Assembly: GCA_965235115.1 (NCBI GenBank)
Contig: OZ249445.1
Span: 8,494,001 to 8,558,000, forward strand
DNA length: 64,000 nucleotides
Reading direction: 5' to 3'
DNA from: Laetmonice hystrix
Taxonomy: Eukaryota
Positions 34,345 to 47,300 of this stretch are shown here, piece after piece. The stretch's first letter is position 1; each line of letters opens with the position of its first letter. Below the pieces are notes generated by a model. It was not told where the DNA came from, did not search any database, and saw only the letters and a program-made list of their open reading frames with translations. The translations under genes and the position numbers were made by a program.

Positions 34345-34492
34345 AGGTTTATAAAGGCTGGGCCAATCTGGGGCCTGTGTGCGTGGGTAGACGTAACGAA
34401 ACCATGTGATGGCCTCGTCGCGGTGCTTCCACCCCTCCCCTGGACGAACCTTGAGCAATTCTTTAGGTGTCTCCGTTGGAAACAAGCACCAC
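34345..34492 (-). CDS. JMJD6: JMJD6 coding exon 6
   Basis: [15 protein letters not shown]...EAITWF...PRTQAPDWP; canonical splice sites. Confidence 0.95.
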
Positions 34493-34741
34493 CTGGGGTA
34501 CAGAAACAGAAGCAAGCAGATGTGACCATATTGATCCAGATAGATACTTTTGTAATGTGTTTTTTGTTCATAAAATATACTTACCACATGGAAAGAGGGT
34601 ATTTAGGTGGACCAGGAAATCAAAGACCATGGGTTCTAAATGACTTTAACTTATGAATTTATTGTTGACATTACAAACAAAAATTTGGCCTTGGCCATAA
34701 AGAGGAATTTCTGTGCCTGAATAGGTGCAAAAACATGCTCA

Positions 34742-34885
<144 letters not shown>

Positions 34886-35129
34886 TTACACTCCCATGTA
34901 GAGAGTCCCGTGGCAGCAGTGATATTTTAAAGGTTTAAACAGAAACATCTAGCATGTGTTTACCCAAGTATTTGAAATATAACATGCACAACACACTAAC
35001 TTTAGAAGGAATGCAATTGGAAATCCCTACTATCTGGCATAATAACATAAACATGACATGATCATGGCGGGGATGAGGTCAGTAACATTATACATGCCGC
35101 ATGACATTTACGCAGATAATGTACTTCAC

Positions 35130-35230
35130 CTGTAAGGGGGACGTTTTTCCTCTCCTGCATACTTAAATAGGTCATCGCGAAAATATTTTGGAACTTCATA
35201 GTCCTCAAGTATTTTACGCCTCTTTGCATG
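35130..35230 (-). CDS. JMJD6: JMJD6 coding exon 4
   Basis: [34 protein letters not shown]; canonical splice sites. Confidence 0.95.
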
Positions 35231-35460
35231 CTGGAATAAATCAGAGGAAATCAGGAATTTTCATAGATACAGCCATTCATACAGGTGAATCAACATTCCT
35301 GAAAAGGATCCAGTGCTTAGATTTTGGACATTCAATGAGATTACACTGAATTGGTCACAGGAGAACATGTTTCTATAATAACCGTTTTACTCTAGATCCT
35401 TTACATCGATCTTTACATATTTTATCTTAGCTGAGAAACCTTATAAAGTGCAACACATAC

Positions 35461-35613
35461 CTCTCCAAAGCTGCTGTCAAATATATACAAAGGGCTATCG
35501 TCCCTCATTGACTCCATGTATGATGTGAAATATTTCATCTTTAACTTCACTGAATACCCGTCATCATCCTCTCCACATTTAAACTTTTGATTCCTATATT
35601 TCTTTTTGAGACG
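35461..35613 (-). CDS. JMJD6: JMJD6 coding exon 3
   Basis: [28 protein letters not shown]...[14 protein letters not shown]; canonical splice sites. Confidence 0.97.
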
Positions 35614-35874
35614 CTGCAAAAAGGGTATTCATCAACAACATTCAACTTTTTTTCCAGACAATGCCAATATTGGACAACAAACTCTTCAGTTACTTTATAG
35701 ATAATTTTCTGTGGTATCAGTCTACCAAGTTGATAAATGAAGTTAACGTAATTAAAAAAAACCCAGTAGTTACTAACGGGTAGTTACATGATGGAAAAAA
35801 ACCCACTTATTTTCCCTATGTACATATATCTTCCCTACTGTCTTTATCAGAATCACCAACATGTATCACTTTAC

Positions 35875-36089
35875 CTCCTTTGTCCATTTAAGGTTGGCTT
35901 TCCAATCATCTTGGAAATTGGTCACAACCACTGGTCTATAGACTTTCTCATACTTTTCTATGAATTCTTCCATTGTCACCTTGCGGCAATCAATTCTAGG
36001 CATTGCATCCCGTCTTTTGATTGGCTCCAGGTCCAGACTAAAGGTGTTGGAGTAGTCCATTTTATGCCAGCCATGATGCTCCTTGAGTT
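35875..36089 (-). CDS. JMJD6: JMJD6 coding exon 2
   Basis: ELKEHHGWHKMDY...EEFIEKYEKVYRPVV...WKANLKWTKE; TTTCAG acceptor, GAG|GTAAAG donor. Confidence 0.93.
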
Positions 36090-36269
36090 CTGAAACATAG
36101 GTTATATCCAACGGGGTCAGGCAGTGACTTACCATCAGCTTACCATCCTCAGTAACAGACGGGTGACCCACTGCCACTGGTGGGTCACAGATCTCTGGCA
36201 CTGTTTCAGGTGTTCCCTGGAGTGTCTTCGGTTTCTTCTTTACAAATTTACAAGTTATAACTTTCAAAG

Positions 36270-36488
36270 TGGTTATTCTGCCGTCAGACGGCAGAATAAA
36301 TAAATTAGTTTGACTAAACAATGTGTTTGAGTTAGGGTAAAGGTTAGGCCTAGGGTTAGTGTTAGTTTAGTCCCAAAATTGTTAATTAGGAACTAATTAG
36401 ATAATCCGGTATTCTGCCATCAGACATCATCCAATAAGAATCCAGTATTGCAGTCACATGACCCATCCATAGGCCGGCAGAATAACCA
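36270..36488. mobile_element. MITE-like element with telomere-like internal repeats in JMJD6 intron 1
   Basis: Perfect 14-bp inverted ends TGGTTATTCTGCCG / CGGCAGAATAACCA, with degenerate TTAGGG-like units at about 36329-36370. Confidence 0.75.
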
Positions 36489-37037
36489 TAAGCATAACTG
36501 TATGTCAAATGATGATCATGTCAGTGACAGCAGTTACTAGAGTTAGCAAGTGTCATCATTGACACTGGACTGGATAAGTTAAACCACAAATGTCATTGTC
36601 CTAGAAAAGATGATAGGCAACGGTTACCCACCGACTGTAAGTCTAAACTGAGGCTAAAAAGGAACCACTCACTCACCCACAGCCTCTGGCAGTCTGGGCC
36701 AATTTGGTCAGTGAGCGAGCGAGACAGCAGGGAACTTTAAATAGCTCAAGCCGTGTGGGCGATAATGGGGGCAGTGACGCTGTTTTACAAGGTGGAATGA
36801 TCTTCTCACATTTTCCAAAATATTGTTCAACAAACCTCAAGACCATTACCGAGAAAGGACATTTTTCATAGACCATTTGTGTATTAAACTAAGGTTTAAT
36901 TGAAGCAATGATTGCTTGCTTTCTGGATTAAACTACATTTGATTAGACGTACTCCAACAAGTCAGAGTAGCGAAGCTGCTAGCTCGGCGAGTCTCGGATC
37001 TCCTACTCCTACCGTCAAACACCAATCAATCACTAAC

Positions 37038-37092
37038 CTGGCCTGGCTCGATCTTTAGCCTCTCTTATTCTTTTACGTGACCTTTTATCCAT
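37038..37092 (-). CDS. JMJD6: JMJD6 coding exon 1 (bifunctional arginine demethylase / lysyl-hydroxylase)
   Basis: MDKRSRKRIREAKDRARP matches the JMJD6 N-terminus; G|GTTAGT donor. The nine exons total 1272 nt = 423 aa + stop, with consistent phases. Confidence 0.93.
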
Positions 37093-37199
37093 TCCTAGAA
37101 CACGATCATAATAGAATCTACGACAAATATGTCGATCAAATGTAGATAGTGTGACCGACACCTCTTCGCCCTCTGCTTCACTGCGCCACAACCCTAGAG

Positions 37200-37262
37200 C
37201 TACTTCTGCGCATGCTCTACCTCACAGGTGCTGTTTACTTGGGCCCCCGAGCACGTGGTGTG
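37200..37262. promoter_or_regulatory. Probable JMJD6 proximal promoter
   Basis: CpG-rich patch 110-170 bp upstream of the ATG, with an NRF1-like TGCGCATGC (37207-37215) and an E-box CACGTG. Confidence 0.4.
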
Positions 37263-38205
37263 GACGCACGTACGCCCATCCCGTCCAGGGGGGGGGGGGG
37301 GGGGGGGGCTTCAGTGGCAGGAGAGACAGAAAAGTAAAATTAAGAAATGTGTAGGTTGGGACCAGCGTGGGTTCCTGGACTGGGGGGGGGGGGGGCGAGT
37401 TTTCCGAAATTTATTAAATTGCCAAATATAATAAATTATAATAGGCCCTATATATTTTTGGAGGGGGCCAATGCCCCCCCCCCCCCACCACCACCACCTG
37501 GATCCGCCGATGGTTAGGTGGGTGGCAAGGCCTAAACTGGCGTGAAAGCCAGTGCCCCAGGGAGTGTGTGTGTGTGGGGGGGGGGGGGGAGCGTGAGCCC
37601 ATTTCCAAGCAAACACCCTCATCCCTGTTCTTTTTACTTCTGCCAGCAATGAGACTCGCCACCCATAGATCAAGGTCATGGTGTTGATGAGGGCTTAACT
37701 TTCCAACTTACAGATTTAACTGAACACATCACAAATAAAATGTAACGGCCGGCTCCACATTCAGTCTAGCTACTTGATATGACTTCCACTGATGGTTGGT
37801 ATTAGAACACTGATTATGCGGGGGGGGGGGGGGGGGTAGTGTATTGATGACAAAGGCGTACACGGTTTGTTGTGAAGGACAAGGCATGGGCGGATCCAGG
37901 ATTTGGTAAGGGGGGGGGGGTTGAGGGGGGGGGGATTTACTTTGGGGGTTGGTAGCATGGTCAAATCAAATCAAATCTATACGGAGAAAAAGACAAATTG
38001 GCTGCCTATAGGGGGATTTAACACCCTGCCCCCGATCCCTCACCGAACAGTTGTAACACCAAGAACACTATCCACAAATGAAGAACAGCAACTGGTTGTT
38101 AAAACACATTATATTTATTAAACACATCGAGTGATTCTGGTCTATGTACACTTTGTTGTTGGTTTTCTTCTCTAATGCCACCTGCATCGGCCATTAACCC
38201 TCGGA

Positions 38206-38220
38206 CGCCCTCTAGCGGCC
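38206..38220 (-). promoter_or_regulatory. CTCF-like motif
   Basis: GGCCGCTAGAGGGCG on the minus strand, between JMJD6 and the giant-exon gene. Confidence 0.45.
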
Positions 38221-41200
38221 GAACTCGCACTCTCCTGTTTACACTGCACACGTACACACCTGCGATACGGCGTTCACGACTGAGTTATAAATGCAGGTTT
38301 CATCCATAATGGTGTTTAATAATAAACGGCAATAATCACACTCCTAAAGACGACGTTGTGGCTACTGCTGCGGTTCCAGACGGGCTCTCTGACAACTCAA
38401 AAATCTACTAGGACTCACTTGGATGACGATCATAATGATCACCGTAAACCTCTTTTTTGCATTTTTTTCTCTGATCATTTATACCACCAAGTCGGCAACA
38501 GATGAAAACGACAGGTCCTACTGATAATACATTGATTGATAACTGCAAAGACAAAGCAAATCACTTATTTTTACGCACGAATTGTTCACAACAGCAGCCG
38601 TCTACGGTCATTAAATGTTGTACCAAGACTCCTTTAATGACTGCACATGATCAGTGATGATCTGGGCAGAGAGGTTTCATTACGTGTATAACATTAAAAC
38701 CATATTTAAATATTTGTTATACAGCTTTCATTTCAAAGAGAAAATCTACCAGTACGCACAAACAAGTCCTATAACTGTGTTCAAGGTGAAGTTCATGAGG
38801 TCCTGGTGTGATATTCTCACGTCCCTGTCTGAAACATGGCTTATACTCCCACACAGGCCTGACCTAAAACAGACAGGCTAACGTTTGGATCTTAATATCA
38901 TGGCTATAAATAAAAATCTGGGGAACCCATCTTTGTACAACATGCCTCGAAACATCGTCAATTTGGAAATCGAAACAACATCGTGGTTCATGGTTCAAAC
39001 TAGGCAAAAATGGACCCCATGTGTTTCTATACTAACCAGTGCTAAGAAAGTTTCAAAATGATCACCCAGAGAATACGAGAACAACGGACTACTAGAATCG
39101 TAAAAGAGTACGGAAATAAGAGGGCTAAAATCTTGTACATGGAAATGATTGTCATATTCTGACTATAATTACCTAAAAAGCTATTTTCAGAAAAGAAGAG
39201 ACATGAAAACTTGATATCAGAATACTGATATTAAGAATGGTATTAGACAGACTATATCAATTAAAATCTGTTAATAAGGGAGAGCTACATATTCTACGAT
39301 ATATGTAGCGTCGACTGTTTCGTTTTGCAATTGTCACATCAACAATAATCAGATAGATAACAATGGGGGAGAGGGGAGGATGTTACGCCACAGCTCAGAC
39401 TCTACAACAACCCTATTTATGACATCTTTATAATACATGACGGTTGTATTGATGGGGCCTCCCTTGCCAGCCTAACAAAACACGTCAGGCATGCTTTATG
39501 GGACACTACATACTGCCCTATAATTACTATGTCACGCACACATACATGTAATCACACACGCTCAATACGCAGGCACACTCAGAAACACACCCACACACAT
39601 GGTAGACCTCTATTTGACAATTAAAGGACTACGTAATCTGGCAAACTTCACTTTCTTTCCTGTTTACAAATTTCCTTCTATGTCATAATGCAGATGGCTT
39701 TTCTAACAATGTATCCACTGGTCTGTAATAAATAGAGCTACTTAAGACAAGACGACCTGGACTTCTGGAGTTGCAGATGTCAAGGTTTACACAGTGCATG
39801 GCCCTTGCCCCCTGTGGCTTGTTTCTCTTTCAAGAGTAATAAAATAGGTCTAAGTCCACATGAATAAAATGGGCCGACTCACAAACTACCCTCTTGGCCA
39901 TAAAGAGACCCATTCCCTCAAATAGTCTCTGATCTATTATCTAATACTTCATATGATCAGACAGGCTTCCAAACATACATAGTGATCTGACGGACCGAGC
40001 AGTTGGTTAGCCTGGCTGTACGACCAGAGACCGGGCACTCGGCGGAAGACGGCCACTATTAGTGCCATCTACGTCAGCTCTACACAAATAGTCAGCTGAG
40101 ATATTTCAACATGTTTTCTTTTTGTTTTGTTGGCTGTACATCATTTCACATATACATACTTATATATACATATGTGTATCCGCATGTTACGATATTCCAG
40201 TGGTGTGGAAACCCAATATAGTGACCGTTTGGCCATGTGAAGTTAAAACAGCCAATCCAAAGGATAGAAACAAATTTGAAGAATTAGAAGGTGCCCTTAC
40301 CCGACTTTACACCCCCCCCCCCCCCCACCCTATTTTGTCCCCACAGAAGCACAATATCAATATATACAGTCATACATCCATTACTATGGCGTGCCAGTCA
40401 ACAGCACTGACCCGGCTACCGGGCACCTACAATATATAATAATAATAATAAGGTATCTTCACGAGTACTACAACTTCTACTTAAACAGATATCAATTCAC
40501 CAATATGTTATCGTTCGGTTGCAAGATGCAAAAATACAATCTGTTCCTGTATAAGTGTTATTAAATCATAAATGCAGCTATAATGCTCTCTAAGAAGCTT
40601 CCTTTGCACCTGGTTCATTTATAAGTCCGAAGGTACCCACATATTCTACGATCAATTCAAGTCATGAGGACCCACTAAAAATGTCCGTCTTTCTCTGTCT
40701 CGATGAGCACAACGTAAAAGACGTTGTGGTACGATTCATCGGCTCCAGCCTCGGGAGCCCTTCCCAAGGGGAGTTCTTTTACATCAGCTCAGGCTCAGTG
40801 TCATATGCAAATACCATTCTCTTCTATGTAAGAAAGAGGTACAAAGCACCCTGCAATGTCTATCATAGTACATTATCTTATTACAATTGTATTGCACGAT
40901 GAAATGGGCTGACTTTACCACTACACCCCATAGTCACTGGTTCGACACAAAACCAGTGACATTTAATTGGTTCAGGAATTCTCAATGAATAGGGAACACA
41001 CAATGTTGATTCCCAATTGACTATCAAACTCTCTATACAATGTTCATGCACAGTGGCAGGTTGGACATATACCACATATCTTCCTATATCGTTTAAGAGT
41101 ATTCTCTTTACAATTGCCAACCCACTCAGACTGTTGTGTGACATTAATAACATCAGATTTACATAAATATAAAACCACATCAGAGTAATTTACATAATAC

Positions 41201-41387
41201 GAATATATATGTAGTAAGAGACAAGACACAACAAACATGCACTGTACATACATACAAAATGTACACAATATATAACCAGACCACCCAATGTCATAGAGAC
41301 ACTGGGCACCCAGTTGTCAGACACCCTAATTAACTATCTGTTTTTTCCTAAGCGGGATTTCTCGGTGTGTATTGTGAACAGCTATCA

Positions 41388-44300
41388 TCACAAAGCCCCC
41401 AGGCAGAAGGCCTCATGCTGGTTGTAGGTCCAATTGTCTGTGAATACCTCCCCACATGCACAAGTATACAGTCCCATGGAAGAAGACATCCACGCATTAT
41501 TCCCGTGACCTGATTCATCCCCGGAGGACCCTGGAGTCCGAGGTCCCCGAGGTGACTTATGCTGCATCATACGTTTCTCTTCCATAGCTTGCATCGATTC
41601 CCAGAGAGCACTACTAATCTGGGGGTCGCGGGAAGGTGTGCGCATGCTTTTCCAACCTCCTGCACTATGCTGTAGGGAGCCAGGAGCCCGAGCTCGAGGA
41701 CTCTCAGCCAAATTGCGGGGGATTCCGCCTCCTCCGCTTCCAAGAGTCGGGTTGCCTCGGTTTATCTCTTCGGTGTTACTAGGAAGTAGTTCATGGCCAT
41801 CAAAAGGTGTTCGACTGTTCAGTAAGGAGTTAACTTCATCCACATCAAATGCTGGCATTTTGGTGGGGTCAAACTCAATGGCAGAAGCAGTCAGCAAGCA
41901 ATCCATGCGATTGTCTGTACCATCGGATAGTGTTGTCGACTCGACATTTGGAACAGCTGGGTTTGCATTTTTGTCCTTCTTTTTTCGTGAGCGCGATTTC
42001 TTTTTATTTGGTGTTGGTGTTTCTTGAATGGCGCTAGGACCAGCCGTAATGAGATCTGGCTTGACGACGGGAATTCCCTCCGAGCTGGTGATGGCTTCTA
42101 GGTCACTGATGTTAAACAAGGGACTTTCCGTTCTGGTTGTCTGGTAGGAACTTGAGGTTGAGTTACACTGTGGCATGGTAAGAGTAGGCGGTGACATGGG
42201 AGATGACCCAGGCTGTATGGTGTGCTCCCCATGCACCATTGGTGGTCCAAGATGTGGGGGCTGACTCATCATGGCGTCTTCAGTGGCACCAGCTTGTACA
42301 CTGTTGATGATCGACTCCAGCGCACTGAGATCGGGAAGCCCACTGTGAACTGTGGAAACATTCATTCCAATGCTCTGCAATCCTAGCATGCTTGGTGTTG
42401 GTAAAATGTTTGTGTTTTCTGGAGCATTAATGTTCATTCCGACCAATCCATTGGCCGCACTGCTTTGTTGGCTTGCTGGTCCAAGGACTGGCTGCAGAGG
42501 TGAAGGTTGGTGATCTTCACCATTGCCGGGCCCAATAGTAGCTGGGGACATGATCTCTGAAGGCGTGCCAACTGCAGACTGGTCTGAAATCACAGACAGG
42601 AATGAATTGACGTCAATGGGTGAAGATTCTACACTGCCATCAAATATGCTGAAGGCGCCATTTCCATGTTGTTCGCCAGAATTACCAGCACTTGTTAGAC
42701 TGTCCACAATGTCAATGTGAGCTTGCGACTTGTTACTGCCTGGATCGTGCATGCTGGAACCATTAGTACGGTCCAAGAAGTCACTCTGCCCCATGAAGAA
42801 CTGGTCTGACGTGTTACTGAGAGGATTGGTGGGGTCAAACTGCTGCTGGAACCTTCGCAGCAGATCTGGCAGTGAATCATGTTGACAACACTGGCAGTCT
42901 TCCTCACAAGGCAGCTCTGGTAACCTGATGGGATCATTGATGAACCGCTGGGACAAAGGCTTCTTGGGCTCATGTTCATTGGAACACAGCTCCTTGGACT
43001 GATCAGATGTGCTTGCTGTCTCATCTGTCTTGTCGGTCTCAATACTCGGCATTTCATCACTGCGGGACTCCCCGTTGAGAATCCTTCCATCTCCATCCAA
43101 TCCTGAGGAATCCTTAGCTCCCTCCTCGTCTGAGGAATGCTCGACATCATCATCCACATCTTCATCTTCACTTTCAGATTGAACACTGTCATTACTCATC
43201 CGCCTGAAGTCATTCTGGCTTTGTTTGCTGATGTGTTTGCCAGTGCGGCCGTCACCTCCCTTAACAGCCAAATAATCTTCATCAGATATTCTGGTCTCAT
43301 CGTCATCATCATCTTCATCATCTTCATCGTAGCCATGGTTATCATGCGTCGTTCCCATACACTGCGCTGTGATGTGAATGTCCTTTCCTCTCGACATTGG
43401 CTTTGGTCCTTTGCGGCCGACTGTTGGGTGTATGGTTGGATATGGTGTCGCGTCCTCCCTGTCTGAGGTAGATGGATGACTGGACCGTGGACTGGTGAGT
43501 CCGCCCCATGGGCTCGTCGTGCTGGTGCTTCCTCTAGGGCTGGTACTGTGGCCGTGATGTGGTGTATGGTGGGGCGTGCTGGGAACGTGGTGCATTGGCC
43601 ATGCACCTGGAGGCATATGTGGTAAAGTACCCGACAACCCAGGCAAACTGAACCGTCCCATTCCTCTTGGCCGGCCACGACCACGACCCCTTCCTCGCCC
43701 TCTCCCTCTGCCTCGTCCCCGACCGCGACCTGTTCCTCGACCTACTGCTGACCCATACAGTGGACCAGGTACAAACTTGGCTGGAGCTGGGGCACTCTCA
43801 TTGTCTGAATCTTCATTGTATGTTTTAATGTTCTGGTGTGCAGCACGTGGCCGCCGTAGGGGTTCCTTGGGTGGGCCAGGCACGTCTGACTTCTCCTCTT
43901 CCTGCGAGGACTGGGCTCCATGAGAGGATCCCGCAGGGCTGAACATCTCGCCCTCGACAGGGGTGGTGCCATCAGTGAGGGCAAGCCTCCCCAAGGGTCG
44001 CTTCTGGAACAGGCGTCCTGGTGCTGAAAAAACATCCTTCCCGTCTTCATCATCGGAGTGGAAATCATAAATATGTTCATCCAGGCCCTTGTTGCTTGTT
44101 GTGGTGGTCATAGTTTTAGTTGTGTGGACAGAGGTAGTTGTAGTTGAGGAATGTGTTTCATGCTTTGTGGTAATGGTGCGCTCTATTTGTGTTGTTGAGA
44201 ACTCACGGTCATCATCATTTGAGGAGATATCTTCAATGTGGACGCTTTCCTGTCCCGTCCTGCCTCGTCCTCTGCCCCTGCCTCTTCCACGTCCACGACG

Positions 44301-47300
44301 TGGTAGAGGGACAAGAGCTTCCGTGAATTCCTCATCAGCATTGCGAGTTTTTGGTTCAGTATTGTCTGCCCCGGAGCTCTTCCAGCCACCAAGTCCTTTG
44401 ACCAGGTTCAGTTTGAGGGTCGGTTTCTTCGTCGATGGCTCTTCTTTTTCATCATCCAGATGTACATGACTTGACTTCCTTTTATGTGTTGTCACCACCT
44501 CTTCTGACTCGCTATCACCACGATGACCACTGCTAGACCGCCTGATACGGGTACTGGTTGTTTTGTATGTCTTACTGATGACCTGAGTGTGTGCTCCATG
44601 TGGCGTGTAAGATGTATCGTCTGGCTCTTCTTCGTCAGTGGAATCATTGTACGACACCTCCTTGACTGTGTCACGTAACTGCGGCGGACGATTGCGCACA
44701 CACCGGGCCTGATTTCTGTAAGCATACAAAGCACGTTCCTTTTCTAACGAATATGGGTAATTAGGAGGACTAAACGTGCCATCATCGTCATCGTCTTCGT
44801 CCTCCTTGAGATCTTCTATGGCAGGCTGTCTGGGAGTATTACCGTGGTGATGATACACGTGTTTGCGGTGGTATGTACGCTGCTCACTGTGTTCATAGGC
44901 GTCACTTTCTATGCCGGATCGCTCGACCACCTTTTCTTCCACTGTCTTTCCAATCTTCAGTTTCAGTTTGAGTGGGTCTGCCCCTGTGGCTCGTTCAACT
45001 CGTACATAGGTACGGGTTTCCACTGTGACAGTTTCATATGTAGTTTGTTCATACGACTCAGACCAGTCAGGCAGAGCCACGGCATTCGGTTGGTAGGCTG
45101 CATGGGGGGTCCACCTGTGGCTGAATCCATGCTCCTCATTCTCACTGTCCTCAAAGTCTTCATCTGGAGATTCCTCATCTCCCTTCCTTGGTTTCGTACC
45201 CCCTCTGTACTTGTAACCTAATCTCTCTGGTTTGGCAACTTGACGTTTGGGCATGACACGGACTTTGGATGCTGGCTCATCTTGCAGGGGACTTGTTTCA
45301 ATATCCTCTGGGACAGGTCTTTTTTTCGGAGGTCGACCACGGCGTTTAGATCCGGGCACATTTGACTGCATGAGTGCCTGTACCTGACTGTCGGACAAGC
45401 GCTCAAGGAGGACTGTAGGTTCACTGTTCTTGCGCGACCGCTGACCGGAGTTTGGCGACATGACTTCCTCACCATCACTGTGATCACGAACACCTGACAC
45501 ATCTGATATAAACGCACTGGAATCAGTTGACCTACTCAGGTCAGCATTGGTCGCCTCAAATGAATCTTCAGCGTAATCATTATCATCATCTGAACTGCCA
45601 GTATGTTCTCGTACTATTACACCAGGCTGTACTGGCGGCAGGTCATGGACTGAGTCCCTGGATTTCTGGTGATCATCCTTCAACTGAGGTGCAGATGATC
45701 CATAACTTTCACTTTTTTCATTATATCTGCCTGTCAGTTCATCACTTACAGACTTTCTACTTGACCTTCTCCGTCTGATTGGGGATGTCATTTCACCTTC
45801 AGTACTACATACATCCACACTGCTTGCATCATCACCAGTAGAACCCAGTGAATCAATGGATGCTCTAGAGTGACCCCGGCCTTTCCCCCGCGCTCTCCCC
45901 CGTCCTCTGGCCCGACGACTTCTACCTCGTCCCCGGGAAGGCTTAACTTCAAACTGGGGATGACCACCATGATCATCACTATGATCATCTAAGTCAGGTA
46001 TACCTTCATCAATAACCAGTGGGCCACAATCAGAATCTTGCCATGGAGAACTATCTGTGCGTGCTATGAGATCTGGAATTCTAGGCTCTTCTAAAGGTGC
46101 ACTCTTCAAGTTGATTTTGGCAGGTGTAGTGTCATCCGTTTCTACATTCTGTAGTTGACTTGATACCTGAGAGATCGATTCAACACGAGATACCTCTGAC
46201 ATGAACCCAGTGTCCACCTTTTCACCTGCATGCTGCTCTTTCACACTAGAATGTTTATGTTCACTGTACAAGTCACTGTTCTCACCTCCATATTCATTTG
46301 AAACCTCTGCTGAGTCACTGGGTCTTTCATTATCCTTACACCTATCACGATATTTATGTCTGTCTTTGTGACTCTTTTTGCTTTCTCTATGTTTTCTCTC
46401 TTTACCTTGGTGTTTCTTTCTGCTTTGAGAACAATTTTGCATTGCTAATTCTTCGCTGTCTTCTGCCTTGCCATCAGCAGAAGGTCTAAGGTCACTTTTG
46501 TCTTCTGGCTGACTTGCAGGGATGTGGCTATGAAGATCCAAGTGTCTGGAATAGATCGGACCTTCTGGTGGTGGCATTTCAGGTTTGACAGTGTCTTTCC
46601 TGTCCTCAGCCTTTGACTCCCGTTTGACCTCAGAGTCTGTGAAGGGAGGTGGCAGTGGTATGGGCGGCAATGCTGAGTGTTTGGGAGATGCTGATGGATG
46701 GGTGAACAGTCCTGGATGTCTTGGGGACATCCCCGGATGCCTTGGGGACAGGCCTGGGTGGCAAGGGGACAAACCTGGATGGGGGGACATGCCACCTGTA
46801 CGCTTCACCCGGTTAATAACAATCCTCTGTGTTTTCACAATCGTTACTCTACCACCTGGTTCACTGACTGGTACAATTTCTGTACCCCTCCTCGGAACAA
46901 GAGCACCTGTTTCATCAGTTAAAGCCCGCTTCTTTGGGGTCAAGAAAATAGACCTTTCACTGGACTTACTTTCGTTTAAACTATTCATAGCACCTTCTTT
47001 ACAAAAGACAGATTGGTCACATTGTGACTTACCGACCATTTCATTAGAGGTGGCTTTTAACAATTCATCCTTTTGGCTCAGGCTGGTACCTTTCTGGCCT
47101 GCCTGCCTTGACTGAAAACCTTCACTTTCAGAAGAAGCACCTTGATCCACTGGCGTACAACTCACTTCACCACCACTGCTGCCTAGTGCAGGTCTTGATT
47201 CACATGACGGTTGTGCAAATTTACCCTGAACTCGTGGTGCACTTCCCCCTTGGTGGGGTGTCAGAGTGTCATCACCTGTTTGACGAAGCATGTCTCGCAG

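Noticed and set aside
35866-36321. 151-aa ORF as an extended JMJD6 N-terminus
   Set aside because: The part above 36089 is intron read-through. A canonical acceptor and a conserved exon 1 at 37038-37092 give the proper start.
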